Assembly (NCBI GenBank): GCA_051362555.1
Contig: CM120642.1
Span: 12,028,001 to 12,092,000, forward strand
DNA: 64,000 bases
Source of the DNA: Lingula anatina
Taxonomy: Eukaryota; Animalia; Brachiopoda
Direction: 5' to 3'
The notes below the pieces were generated by a model that had not been told where the DNA came from, searched no databases, and was given only the letters and a program-made list of their open reading frames with translations. Position numbers and translations under genes: made by a program. Positions 1-13,900 of this stretch are shown here, piece by piece. The first letter of the stretch is position 1; every line of letters begins with the position of its first letter.

Positions 1-1697
1 TAGGGGGCCCGTGTTGTCACCAAGCATTTAACATACAGAACATCCTTCTTGAAATCAATATACTTATACGGGTCGATAATACTTAGGATTTGGTCGAAGA
101 CGAAGTAGATAATTGTGGTATTTGCCAGAAAAGATATTGAAATTAAGAATTAGTATTGCCCTCCATCACGACCCAACAGCTAAAGAATGGATCAACGCCA
201 AATTGGATATTTTCAAAATAAATCACTTGTGCATTATCTTGGCATTTGAATCACCTCCGGTTAATGGGTTGTGAGAGAAAAATCCTAAATATAACTTTTC
301 TCTCCGTTTAATTTTTTCTTTCAAATACAGTAAAAAGGTCTTTAATTACTTGGGAAAGTTTCCAGTGCCCATAAAAAGTTTTGTAACATGAGTGAAAACG
401 CAATTTACCCCACAGTGGGCCTATTAATAACTAGAACGACTTTAAGTGCACAATGGCTACGGGTATTTTTATTTATCTATTGCTAATTATTTCAGCTGTG
501 TAAATATATCTGTCTACAATAATATGTCACAAGACGTGTCGCGGAGTGTGGCACTGTGCTGTTTTTCAAAGTTCGTTCTACTTACAATGTGCCAATCCTT
601 AGAATCAGAAAGTTGACTGAAACTTTCGTACATAAAATCTAACACACGTGGCATCGTCTTTCAATCAATTTCTAATTGAGAAGTCATAGGTTCTGCTCTT
701 AAAACTTATTCTATTGGAACGTGTATGTAACAACGTTGTGATCACTCATATATATTACATAACACTAAATCACTCCCGAGTATCAGTCTACTGGAAACAC
801 AATGAGCGGAGATTATATGTTTGCTTGAGGAAAGTCATCAACAGTACACTGAAACGTAGAGTGACGCTGACGAACCGAAAGATTTTTTCGGTTACTAAGA
901 AACTTATAAAATCATTACAAATTCGATATCCCTTTTCGATGGGTTGTTGTACTGAATAATATACAAACTTTGGGCAAGCAAGGATCTTCTTACTCTTAAC
1001 AACAGTCAATATGAGAAAAAGCCAAGAGTAATCTGCGGTGTATCATAGTATAACAATTGTCATTTCAAAATATCTTTTTTGCATTAAGAAAACTAACTGC
1101 TGAAGCAGGATCCATTACACTTAAAGGTGCATATTAAGCAAGTAACTCCATTTACATTTTAAAGCACTGCCACTGAACCTGACCAAATGCCACCATGGTG
1201 TTTTAAATACCTTTACTCATAGAAATGCCAGTTTCGTTACATTATTTTTCCAAAAAAAAAAAAAAATTACACATATATATCTGCATTTATTCTGTGGAAG
1301 AAAAAAAATCAGGTCAAGTTTGCGACCAGAAAATTGAAGAAGGTGAAGTTTTAAAGCCTTTTTCTGCTGCCCGAGAAATTAATTTCGTTTTTCTTTTTTT
1401 TTTTTTGGGGGGGGGGGGATTTTATTTGTTTTGAAAGAAAGTTAAAGTGGTACTCATAAATCTTACAATCGCTTCTTTTGAACCTTTAAACAATCAGCTA
1501 TTGAACAGGTTGATACCGATATGAAACTGACCAAGCGGCACAAGCGCTATGTTGTAATAGATCTTAATACTGACTGGTACTACTTATGTACAGCATTTTA
1601 CACACACACGAGCACATTTATTATACAAATAATCCGAACTATGCTTTTCCTTTTCTTTTGTTGGCCATTTTATAAATTTTTTTTCTCTTCGTCAGCA

Positions 1698-1764
1698 CCC
1701 ATCAGACACGTCATCCCGACGCCGTGACGTCGTTTGACGTAGCTATTACGTCGTGTCTGCTGGG
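1698..1764. mobile_element. Tiny TIR remnant (collapsed MITE)
   Basis: CCCATCAGACACG ... CGTGTCTGCTGGG (13 bp, 1 mismatch) enclose repeated ACGTC motifs. Confidence 0.4.
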
Positions 1765-2077
1765 AATGCGTACTATAACATCGTAACGTTCTCTACCCAA
1801 CTACCAACCTCTAACAACATAGACCCCAATCACCTTGAAACCAAAAAATTCCTAAATCTTTTCACATCTAATTGATATATTTGATTTAACAACGCATGAA
1901 GGAAAATAAACAAATAAAATCAAATGAAATAACTGTCGTTTTGGAAATTTTAGGCTCAATGTGTCCGAATATGAAAACTGTCAACTCTAAATTTGATTCT
2001 CTATTCTTTTGGAATATATATTAAAAACCAATATATTAAGAAAATGACAGACATCAAACGTAAGCCTACAATGCTGT

Positions 2078-2083
2078 TTTATT
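2078..2083 (-). terminator. Candidate SLC6 polyadenylation signal (alternative at 3012-3017)
   Basis: AATAAA on the minus strand, near where the CpG-poor gene-body domain ends. Confidence 0.35.
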
Positions 2084-3642
2084 CTAATATATACTACTCA
2101 AGAAGTACATGTAAGCTTATATACACTATTTTACTATCTAATAAGATATAAAGGCGCAGAGGGCACCATACCGTTTCCAAGCCTTTGACGCTATTCCTCC
2201 CTAGAGAACATTTCAAACTCACTAATCCTTTTACAGAAGACAAAAGTATTGGGATGCTAAGAAAACATAAAATATAACAATCTAATATTTACATCATGCT
2301 GATTAGCGTACTTTTATACTCTAGATCAGTCACAACCTGCAAAAACAGACCTGTCATCTGTAAGAAACAAGTGACACTAACCTATCTCATTGGTCACAAG
2401 CTTGCCATTCAAGTTTTCTAAATGTTGGCACACTGAACTACAGTGCTGTCTTCACATCGCCAAATAGTAGAATCTGACTTTTGATAATTGTACAATTCAA
2501 TAGCTTATCTAGCAATAGGGCAACTTAGCTGGCTGCATTATTCTGTGGTTTCCTTTTAAAAAAATCTGACAACACTTGATCTTTTTTTTTCATAATACTG
2601 ACAAAGACAGGAATAAAATTACCATGCAAAGTCAAATGCCTCCAAGGGTGAAATAATTAGCATGCAATGTGAGCTTGTACACAGCAAACTTGATCACAAA
2701 TGTTTGACATCAAAGTTTTACACTTTTTCAAAACAGTGCATAAGTACATAAATCATATCTTTTTTATATAAAATATTTAACATTTAATTTTACTAGAAAG
2801 GGCAATTTCACTTTAAATGATAACCACAAGATGCCAGGAAAAAACCTTGCTATGTATCTAAAATTCAACATATTTATCCAAAAACTTAAAGAAAATACAT
2901 ATGTTTGTGCGCTGACAGGGAGGTACAAAAAGGTATGTAAAAAGATTCAATCTATGATGATATAATGAATATGTCCTGAAAATCTATTATAAATTTGAAA
3001 TTACATTTCTCTTTATTTCATACAACAATATTTTTATACCTTAAGTTCAACACTAACAAGTTAAAATTGGTGTACAGACTTTCTGGTAATATCCATAAGC
3101 ATAGTATCTTAGTTATCATAATTCAGACTACAAATCCATTACAAAAGCTTACTTGTATATACAATGTAAACCTATGTTTGATACACAATGTCACAGGACA
3201 AAGATGGAATTTAAAAACTAAGTGTACTGTTCAACATGCATTTTTTACACTTTAGCTCACAAAATTTCTCCACTCTTTTTCATTTCCCCCTCTACCAGGA
3301 CAACATATTTTTACGCCTGGTCCAGATATTCACAGTTATTCTTCTTTCTGCATAATTCTGTCAATGGGAATTTTAGCACAAAATTTCAGAAATGACATCA
3401 TCAGAACTCCTGACCTCTGGTAGAGAGCACTGTCACTACAACATACCGCTCACAATAGCCATTTCACTTCCGTGATAAACACCAAAATTAACACAAAATA
3501 ACAAAGCACCCTTTCATTTCTTAAAACCAAAAGCTAAGTGGCTTCAACCAAGCACTACCTCTGGCTTGTTATTATATAATATTAATTCTCAATTTGAGTC
3601 CCAAAAGGTATTTAAAATACATCTATAAAAAGTCCTGAGCTG

Positions 3643-4955
3643 TTAAAATGAAGATTCATAAAATGTCATAGACTGCCTAGAGCCGTTCATGGAGCCATCT
3701 TTTTTCAGATCTCCATTAGGCTCCTGCTTCTCGCAATCCCCAGAGGAGGCAGAGTTGCTGCTGTCGGTCAGAGCGGTTTCTGGGGTGGCAGCTGAGGGAT
3801 CGTAATAAAACTCGGCATCTTCTGTACACAGGTCATCTGGGTCATCTTCAGGACGGAGTTGGTGACGTTTCAGACGAGGCCTCAGCAATTTTACTATTCT
3901 CTAAGAGAACAAAATACAATTGTGATGAAAAAGATGATAAGAGTAATAAAAAACATGATTTAAACCATGGCAGATGGCAAAGGGAAGTTTCAGTCAACCA
4001 TGCTAAAAGCAGTGAAAGTATGAAGATAGATATGACCTGACTCAATGGTCCTTGGTTTACCTAAAGGCTGGTAAATATTTTTTTCAAAGAACTAAGAAAT
4101 CCATCATTCATGCCATGTATAAAAGATGCAAATGATTTTTTTAAAAAATTCCTTTTGATTTCCAAGTTTATTCAAACTTATTCAAAGTCCTCACCTCTTT
4201 CAGGGTCCCAGGGGTGGTGGCAATCTGAATAATCATCAACAGAGGAATCATGAGGGCAGCAACAGAAGCCATGGTCCAGCCAATAGCTATGGCCCACTTT
4301 GGGTACTGGTACACCCGGTTGTAGGTCAGCTCAGAGTAGGTGACCCCACTCATGATGAAAATTGCCTAAAAGAAGAAACGCATTTTCTTTTGTAAACTTT
4401 CTGGATAGAAGCGATATCAACAGACACTCAAATTCTTTACACGAACTTTTTATTATTAAAACTGCATGCCATGGGAAACATTTCAATAATTAAAAAGTCT
4501 TAAGTTGATAGTTTATCCTATATAATTAAAGCAGTGCAATATCAGAGGTATAAGTATTTTGCAATGTAAAGATAAAGCAATCACCAAATTACCATTGCAT
4601 TTTTTGCTGCAAAAAGTGCTCTGGCACACCATATTATAATTTTTGGCTCATCTTTTCTTTAAATCACAAATCAATTCCTACTTTGCCATGCCCAACATGA
4701 TGAGCAGATAAAAAAAGACAGTAATACAGTCTGGCTGTAAATTGAGAATGCTACTTTACCGTGACAAAAGCAGGGCACACTCCCATCCACATGACCTTGA
4801 TAGCTGGGTTTACTCGGAAACCATACATCATCTCCAGGTTGTCATGGAAACGGTTGATTCCTAAAATAATAAAGCATAATAAGATCAATTTCTCAAAACA
4901 CACACACACACATAAAAAATTAATAATAATAACATTAAATTAATAATAAAAAAAA

Positions 4956-4987
<32 letters not shown>

Positions 4988-7900
4988 AATGTTCCTTCTG
5001 TTAATTTTTTAAAAATACAACAAACAATGGTTGAGGTAATAATAAACCAGTTCTTGTTGGGCATCAATAGAATGTGTTTATTAGTATCCTGCAGTATTCT
5101 ATTATCCTATATGGGGAAATAAAAACTCTCATTAGCTTCATACATTGTACATGTACAACAGAGACATGGGAAATGGGCATTCACTAAGAGCCCATTACGG
5201 CTGTCTCTTTGTAGGCACCAGTTTACTTTTCCTCACCATAGCAGTAGGATATTGCCAAACACTCAAACAAGGCCACCACCAAGATGATTCTGCTGCCAGA
5301 GTAGAAGTCAAACAGCTGGAACACATACATGCCACCCTAGAATGAAAGAAACAGGACTGAATGAACTAATGAGCCCAGTCTTTGTGCAAAGTTTTAATTT
5401 CAATTTTTGTTTCCTAAGTCTATTGAACAGCCTGTGCAACATTATGCATGCACTGCAACTTCTGGAGGCTTTGAGTAAATTAACATTATTTAACTATTAT
5501 ATACCAATTATAAATACCTGAACAGGCGGTGTATTTACACAGATGAACAACTTTTGAATTAAAAAAGGAAAACAAATAATGCATATAAAAAGAAAAAAAT
5601 AAGCTATCTTAATAAATAAAAAATGGTGTACTTGGATATATAAATTACTGGTATCTTAAAAAATAACATGTTTCTAAATAAATAGACAACAGGTGTACAA
5701 AAAAGGAAAAAACAAGTAGTGATTTTGAATACAATTTTAGAAAGAAAAACAACTGGCATGTCTGAATTAACAGACAGACAAATGGTGTACTCAAAACAGA
5801 AAAAATATTGTTTTTACTTCCTGGCATTACTTACCTCTGTTACCATGGAGAGGCCAATGAAAAATGATACCAAACACGTCAGACCAGTGAAGATCTCGCG
5901 GTTGTGCCCCTTGCGCAAATAATGGGGATACTGATCGACAATGGCAGTGATGAAGCCTTCAACTCCCACAAACTGGCAAGAAACAGTAACAAAAACATCA
6001 AATTTCATTTTAAAAGACACAAAAATGGGCTAATATTTTTTCTAAGTGAAAAACAAAGATAATCTTTAACTACAAGTCATTTTATTTCACCATTCACTTG
6101 TAAGTGACAGCTATAATCTGTGAAGATCTTTCAATCTTTGGTCATAAGAAGTTCATATTTACTTTTTGAACTGAACTGATTTAACTGGATGGATTATACG
6201 CAACTAGACTGCATGACACCAAGTGCTGTGTAATTGCTGTAGCAACTGTACTAAAATGCATCTTCTTTTAAGACCTACTTTGAGTTAAAGAAGAAACTTC
6301 CACTGTATGTAATCAATGCTAATGTCTCACCTGGCTATCCAACCCCAGTAGGATGATCATTAGGAAGAAGAGCACAGACCAGAGAGGAGCCAGGGGCATC
6401 TGGGCTAGAGCCTTGGGATAGGCAATGAATGCCAGGCCAGGCCCTGCAACATAATATGGTAAAATTATGCAAAGTTAATGCCATTCATATTTTTCTAATT
6501 CCAAAGATTTTTCTGGTCTTCTCAGAAAACATGAGTTTTTCATCAAGATAATGAAGCTCTAATACCAACCACTACAAATTCTATTTAACAAAATGTGCTT
6601 TCTTTATCCTTGGCAATGATGTAATCACACTCACTTACCATACTCAGCCACTTTCCCAACGTTCGTCCCTTGCTCCTTGGCCATAAACCCTAGCACTGAG
6701 AAGATCACCAGACCAGCCAGTAGACTGGTGCCACTGTTGGTACAGGCAAAGATAATACTGTCTCTGAAAAGGAAGAGAAGATTTTTTCCTTCATAATTTT
6801 GCATACATAATGTTCAGACTTAAATTTCCTATACTGAAAACTGATGGGCAAATTAATATGTTCCTAATATTCAGGTATTAAAGTTGACATGCAGGGTGCT
6901 GAAGACAAATGGGCTCTTATATTTTATTAAAGCCACAGTAAGGAGCAAAAACATGTTTCTATAGGGTTTTTACAACATTTCAGGCAAATACACTAGAATA
7001 ATTTACTGCAGGATTTTACTTTGATTGCTTCAGCTGGGAATAATCACATGTAATGCAATGACCATATTTCCTTTGAAAATAAGTAGGACAAAATAAAGGA
7101 ATCATGTCTGAATATATGGCTCAAAGGTCCTCATTACTTCACACAAAAAGAATCCTTACAATCATTCCAAAAATAGAATCTAATATGGAATTTTCAGGGT
7201 CAATTCATAAATCACAAAAAAAGGATGACCTTAAAAAACCTACTGTATAAGGTCATCATATAGCCTGAGCACCTGCTGTGTAACAATGCTACCTGGTGAG
7301 TTAATTGTGTGCAAGTCCTCAGGGGCAGTCAAACCTCATAAAGCAATCCAATTATTTAACCCACTTCCAAATATTATAATATAAAGCATCACTGATCATC
7401 TCAGATCTTCATACTTACCTGTAAGAGTTGTGGTGGAATTTGTTGTAGCTGCCTAAAGCTGTCAGTGCTCCTAGACCAATGGAATATGAGAAGAAGATCT
7501 GGGTCCCGGCATCAACCCACACCTATATGGAGCAAAGATAACACAATTGACGGTTAATTATTGTATACACTTTAAAGGATATAATAACATTATGAAGCAC
7601 TTCACTGTTTGAAAATGAGAATTTTTTTGACTGAAAAGGCATGCTGTAAAATTGGCCTGTAGCAAAAATGGGAAGACTATTACATTCAGCAGTAATTAAA
7701 ATTCTGACCAGGTCTGACTGACTGTACCTATCTCATGTTGTATAAAATAAAAATGAATTCATTTTCTTAAGATTCCATTTCACATGTCAGCCTCCTCCTT
7801 TAGTCATAAATATGAACAGTTATTCATCGTTAAATAATTCAACGATAACTGCTTGTGTTTGGCCTTTGCATGGAAGCACAATATAAATCAAACACTATTT

Positions 7901-10900
7901 ACATTTAATCATTCTTTTAATATTAAACACTGAGGCAATATTTATCATGAGAAATGGATTTCATTTGATACAGGGCCATAGTGGCAAAGTGTAAACAAGC
8001 TTGTGTTCCCTGACAACAACAGGTGTGCTACTCTTCACCTGGACCTGGACGTCCATACAGTTTTAAACTAAAACCCCATTAGAGACCTCTCCCAAAAATG
8101 GAGGAGGGAGAAATTGTAGCTGGGTGGGTGGGGGGTGGGGGCATCTTCAATTATAACAGCTCTCACTTTTGAGGGCACCACCTAGTGGTGAATAAGGGGC
8201 AGTTAATTATAATGAGTTTGGCTGTACACTAACTACACGGGGAATCTCAATGAATGCAATTAGATGTACAGATTAACGTGCCTCCTCCTGGCGAATATAG
8301 AGAATATAGAGAAGGTAATGAGAAGGGATGTTAATCCGACTGCATTCAGTGTGCAGTAGCTACTGTGACCTAACTCATTCTGAATGGCCCCTTATGGACT
8401 TACAATATGCTACCAAGCCCAATATACACCTTTTCAATCAAACACCACAGAATACATTTTAAAAGGAATTTGTCTCATTTAAAAAAAGGACTCCATGGGG
8501 TAATATTGGTTGTGGTACATGAGAACCTCACTCTCGACTCAGATGGTTTTTCAATTACACATCCATTATTAGTACAGTTTCACATTCACCAACAGCTGGT
8601 GTTTTGCTTATTGAATGGATTTATATCAATTATTAATCACTTTTCTGAAGCTTGACGAATTGTTTCAGAGAACTCCAACATGTGCAGTATCATATTAAAA
8701 ATTAAGTTATCAACAAAGGAGTCTCTCTTTTGATATCTCATACAATTGATTAATAACCATATTCAATTTTAGAACTGCAGTGCCATAAAACTGACTACAA
8801 AGCAATCTAACCAATGATACTGGTTGATAAAAAAACATCTCACTTAAAAATATTATTTATCCCATGACCTTGTTATTCATGTTTATTACATGTTATTATT
8901 GAGAATTGTCTTTTTTTAATATGTAAAAAAAAAATCACCAAAAAAAGGAAACAAGAGATAATATGGCAATTTAAAGACTTTAAATTTACTGGATCATCAC
9001 ATAAAAACCATTAACAAGGAGAAAGTACTACTGTGTATGCCAACAACCTCAAAAAGCTGGTAACACTAAATTCATTTCTAAAATAAAATATAGATGCCTG
9101 CAATGGGAGTTCAAACAGTAAATCAACTCACATCACACTTCCCACTAAGACCCTGGAAATGGGGCCACCTGAGGAATAATGTTTCATTACAAGTACTTAA
9201 GTCAGTCTAGCAGAGAGTGTCCTGGAGTGAGGTGACAGGAAGCCAGGCTGTGAAGTATTAGCCTGTCATATACAGTATATTTATAGAGCTCTACCAATAT
9301 ATTCTGGACAGGCAATAATATATTTGCTCTGTATAATGATGATGTGAATTATGGCAAACATGTATTGAACCAAAAAGATCTTTTTGAATATTCTGCTGTG
9401 CACTGAAATGCCCTGTAACAGGTTAACTTTGGGTACACACAGCATTATCAATTATTACCAGGCATGTAATTATTATAGTGGGTGATGTATGAGCTCATCA
9501 AGTATTCATGCCAGGTTGAAAGTTAGGCCAGATAAATATACACACTTGGACAGACTATATGGTCCATTGAAAATATATTGTCCAAGTTAATACCATCTTT
9601 CATATAACATCAAAGCTAAGAATGAGACCAAAAATGAGGACGTATTAAAATCTGCTTTTGAATCAGTATTTTCCCCCCTTAATCACAAATTATTTATGTT
9701 TCACTAGAATTACACAAAGTGAGAAATACTGTTTTCCTTTTTATTGATTTTTTCCGCCTCTTTCTTTTTTAAATACCAATTTATATACTGAGCAGTCATT
9801 CTATTTGATTTTGTTATCTGGGAGGACATAAAGCACAGTTCCCTGCAATTATTTACCTTGGATGCTGTTCAATTATCAGAAGCTCTTTAAGTCAAATAAC
9901 GACCCTTGATAATGAGGGGTGACCAAAATGCAAGGGTCTGCTGAATTATTTAATCCACTCTTCTTGTCATATTAATCTGGACAAAAATTAATTAAAATAA
10001 ATCCATATTGAGGAACAGGTGCAGGGTGGAGAAGGCCAGAATATGTTACCTCTAATTGAATTTTCACTCCCAATACCTTTGATCCTCTTTCTCAGTCTGC
10101 ATGCAAATTAGGTAATATTTCTCCATAATCAAGGCCAATCAATATCTCAACAAAAAGTTGAACTGTACACAGAATATATGCATGTGCTAAACTTTGCACT
10201 CAGTCTTCTATCCAAGGTTCTTAACATGTTTTTAAAACACCAAAGTGTATACTATGTGCAAACACATCGAAACATGTACAAAAAAAAGAGCTCATTTCTA
10301 GAGCATTTTTCTTTCATTATTTTTCACTCTTATAAGAAAGGTTTAATATTTTTTTTTTTGCTAAATTCATGCCAATGGACTGGTTTTAACTCATGCTTAC
10401 TCTTGTTTCATTATTTGCCACAGTATATAATATCATCATGCTCCTCAGTCCATTTCAGTGACCTATAATATCATCAAAGAACATCCTTAATACTGCCTGA
10501 AGTCTTACCAGGCAATATGCACTCTGGGTATTTCCTCTACAGGAGGCCTACGTTACCATAGTTACATGCATCATGACCTAATGAATTTATTCTTCAGCAG
10601 ATTTCACAGATAAGTGTCTTTGTTAGGAGAGAAAAAGATCAATAGCAAGCTAAACCTGAATTTGATTAGATAAACCCATCAGTGCTGCCATGCCCAACAT
10701 GTCGGATCACATCTCACAATTCATTTTAATAATTAATCCATGATACTAGTTTACTTTTGCTGCATAGTCTCCTCTCTCCTTTCTTCCAGATCTAACAAGA
10801 ACCACAAAACTACCCACATTTATCATGATTCCCATGCAATTACACTGTTTTAATGGAACAGCAATCGATATAATCCATCAATGCGCCACAATAAAATCAT

Positions 10901-13900
10901 TCCAACACTTCGTATTTAATTCTTGGTAGAAGAGAATCATGACGGACCAGACTCATTAGCATAATTATGTGCACGCTTGCAAAAAGTGCTGGAAATTTTC
11001 CACTGACTCTCAGTGCTGCAGCCAAGAAAAATATCAACCTCAAATGAAGTGCAATTGTGTTTTTTTTTTTCCTTTGTACCCACAAGTGCCATTTCATCAA
11101 TATGTATTGTTACGAGTTTGTTGGCAGTCGATACGCAATAACTAGATATCAAGATAATAAACCAATTCTAATAATGCAAAAATTCACAATGTGACTGTTC
11201 ATGCATGCATTTTATTTGGTGTTCCCTCTTTCCTCTGCCTTTAAATTTGACAACGTTTTCATATCTTCACGATGTGTGTGTATACATGTGCGTGGGTGCA
11301 TGCATGCATGCATGATATCTGAGTTGCCACCAATAACAGATCTATGAAACTGAGATGTTAATGTCATAATGTGACTCATTGATTTTCTTTTTTCTTCTGC
11401 ATCAAATTTTCTGTTATCATCACATCTAAAAATATGAAGTATGTTCTGTCCTCAAAAAAATCAATGGTGTACTTAATGCAAATGCAATCATAACAACTTC
11501 AGGCCAAATGTAACAAACAAATTCTCTCATTCTGTAATTTTTCTCCTTCAGGTCTTGATAGCATATAAGTCATTCTATAACCCAAAGCAATGATAAATGC
11601 CATGTCTTCATAAACACTTTCTTGCTGCAACACATCAATGTAAAGAAAGTGATAAATTACATGCTCTGAAGTAATGACTGATTATTTCCACATAATACAC
11701 TGCAGAATAGACCTTGGAGAAAAATTAAGTGCCATTTCAGCAGGGTTTTTTTCCTTTTTGTATCTACATAGTGAACATGGCTAAATATAGAATAACAGGA
11801 TCTTGAAATTGATTCCTGCTGCCTTCATTTACTGAATGTTGCTGGAACATGTTTTGCTTCAACTCTAACATTTCAGTATTTTAATCAGTGCTGTATCAGA
11901 CTGCCTTCACAATTATATAACAATGACTCATTTGATTACCAACATGTAAATTGGTAGGTTTTGTGGTTCAAATCCAGGCAGTATACAGAAACACACTCAC
12001 AAGCACACAGGTGAAGCAATGGTTGGTTGGTTGGTTGGTTGGGGGGGGGGGGGGGGGGGCATGTTTTCGGGAAAAAATATTCACTTAAGGGGGCTAGGAG
12101 AAGGGGGGAGAGGAATGCAGTGTTTGTGGTGCCTCCCCCCCCCCCCCCCGTCCCCCCTACACACATACTTCACATTTCTTTGAATTGCATTTGATTGATT
12201 CTTTTTGATGTTCAGTTATGTAATATAGAAGTTCACAGATGTAAGTCATTTGTGTTTTACTGTGTCTATGATCCCCATCACTGCTACCGATAACATGTTT
12301 ATCATCAACTTCATCATGAGATCTAGATAAAAAAACAATCCATATCTCATGTTCCAGTCACCTGTGAAAATAATGTCTAGACTGAGGACGAATGTCTTAA
12401 TTCCTAATTAAGATCTTTTAAATAAGCAAAAAAAAAAAAAAAAAAAAAACTAAAGATGAATTGATAACTATTTACTTCATATAGGGGTCCGTACATCTAC
12501 TGTACTAATACTGCACTACACTGGACTGCAGGTGCCATATAGAGATACATGCACAAGGATAAAACTGTCAGACATGGGTTAATGAAAGAAGACAGAAAGG
12601 AGAAAAGTTGATACCACGTCTTGGTAATAGCAATATTTTCGTACTTCGTTGGAATACAACATCTGTATTATCTCAGCAGTGCTCATGTAACAAAATTCCT
12701 CCAAGATCATTCCCTAAACCAGTCTGGAAGATAGAAAAACACTCTCTTTCCTATCTGCCATTTAGCTGAGTTAAATTTAGAACCCAGACATGCTTCATAT
12801 TTGTGTAACCTGGCTTTAACATAGGCAAACTTTATCTGTGAAAAACATGTGTATTCAGTGCATTAAAAATTGGGTGCACTTGTATTTTTAATTCTCTTGA
12901 CAACAAGATGATGCTTCTAAAAGGTCTTTTTCTTTTTTCCATTATTGATGTGTATGGTCAAAATTACACTCTCAGGTAGCCACACCTACTTGTAGAAACG
13001 TAAAACCCACCTCTTGAGTGTTTAGAAAAGTCACCTTACAAAAATAAAATAAAAAAAAAAAAAAAAATTAAAAAAAAAAAAACTCAATGCTTCTAAAATA
13101 ATCTCAGTATCTGAGTACAGATTTAGATCTGATTCAATGGACATGAAAACCTTATTGATGATGATGATGATTATGCTCATATACAGTACAAATTCATTCA
13201 ATCTTGTCAAAAAACTATATAACCGTTAATATCACCTTAATTGGACCTCAAATGATGGGTTCAATTTGATACAAATAACACATCAGCCCTTGTGTACAAC
13301 ATTTCTCCAACCTCAGATTTTTCAAAAAAAAAAAAAAAAAAAAAAAGGATTTTAAAAATGGGCACATTTTAATTGCTAATAAATACTGAAATAAAAAAAA
13401 ACCCCAAAGATCGACAAAATAAAAGGGCAGGCAACATTTATCAGTCCCTGGTCTAGTGCCTTATGGTATTTGATCAAAATAAGAAGCATTGCTTTATTTA
13501 CAAAGTTTATATTGATGAACTTGCATAATACATGTTCAAATTCTTGATCCTAACATTTGTGGCTCTATATTTCCAGATCTTATCAATACATGCAAATAAG
13601 AGCTACATGTACATGTTTCTTTTCATTAGTTTACAAGACCAAAGAGTGATGATCTAAAAGTGCTAAAAGACCATCAAAGGGTATTTTTGTTAGTGATTTT
13701 TTCACTTTTCAGCAATATACAACAAACTGTATCTTTAAGCTAAATTATAATGTAACATAACCACCAAACTAACCTGAAGTTCTCCAATCTTGGTGAAGTC
13801 AGGGAGGAGGTAATACTTAATGCCATCTACAGCGCCATCTAGTGTTGCGCCTCTGATCAACAATACTGTCATGAAGATATATGGACTCGTGGCCGTGAAA

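Noticed and set aside
12020-12160. Poly-G and poly-C tracts as a functional G-quadruplex or hairpin
   Set aside because: Similar homopolymers recur across the window (27766, 28194, 36534, 36958, 41832, 49409), consistent with repeat remnants and slippage.
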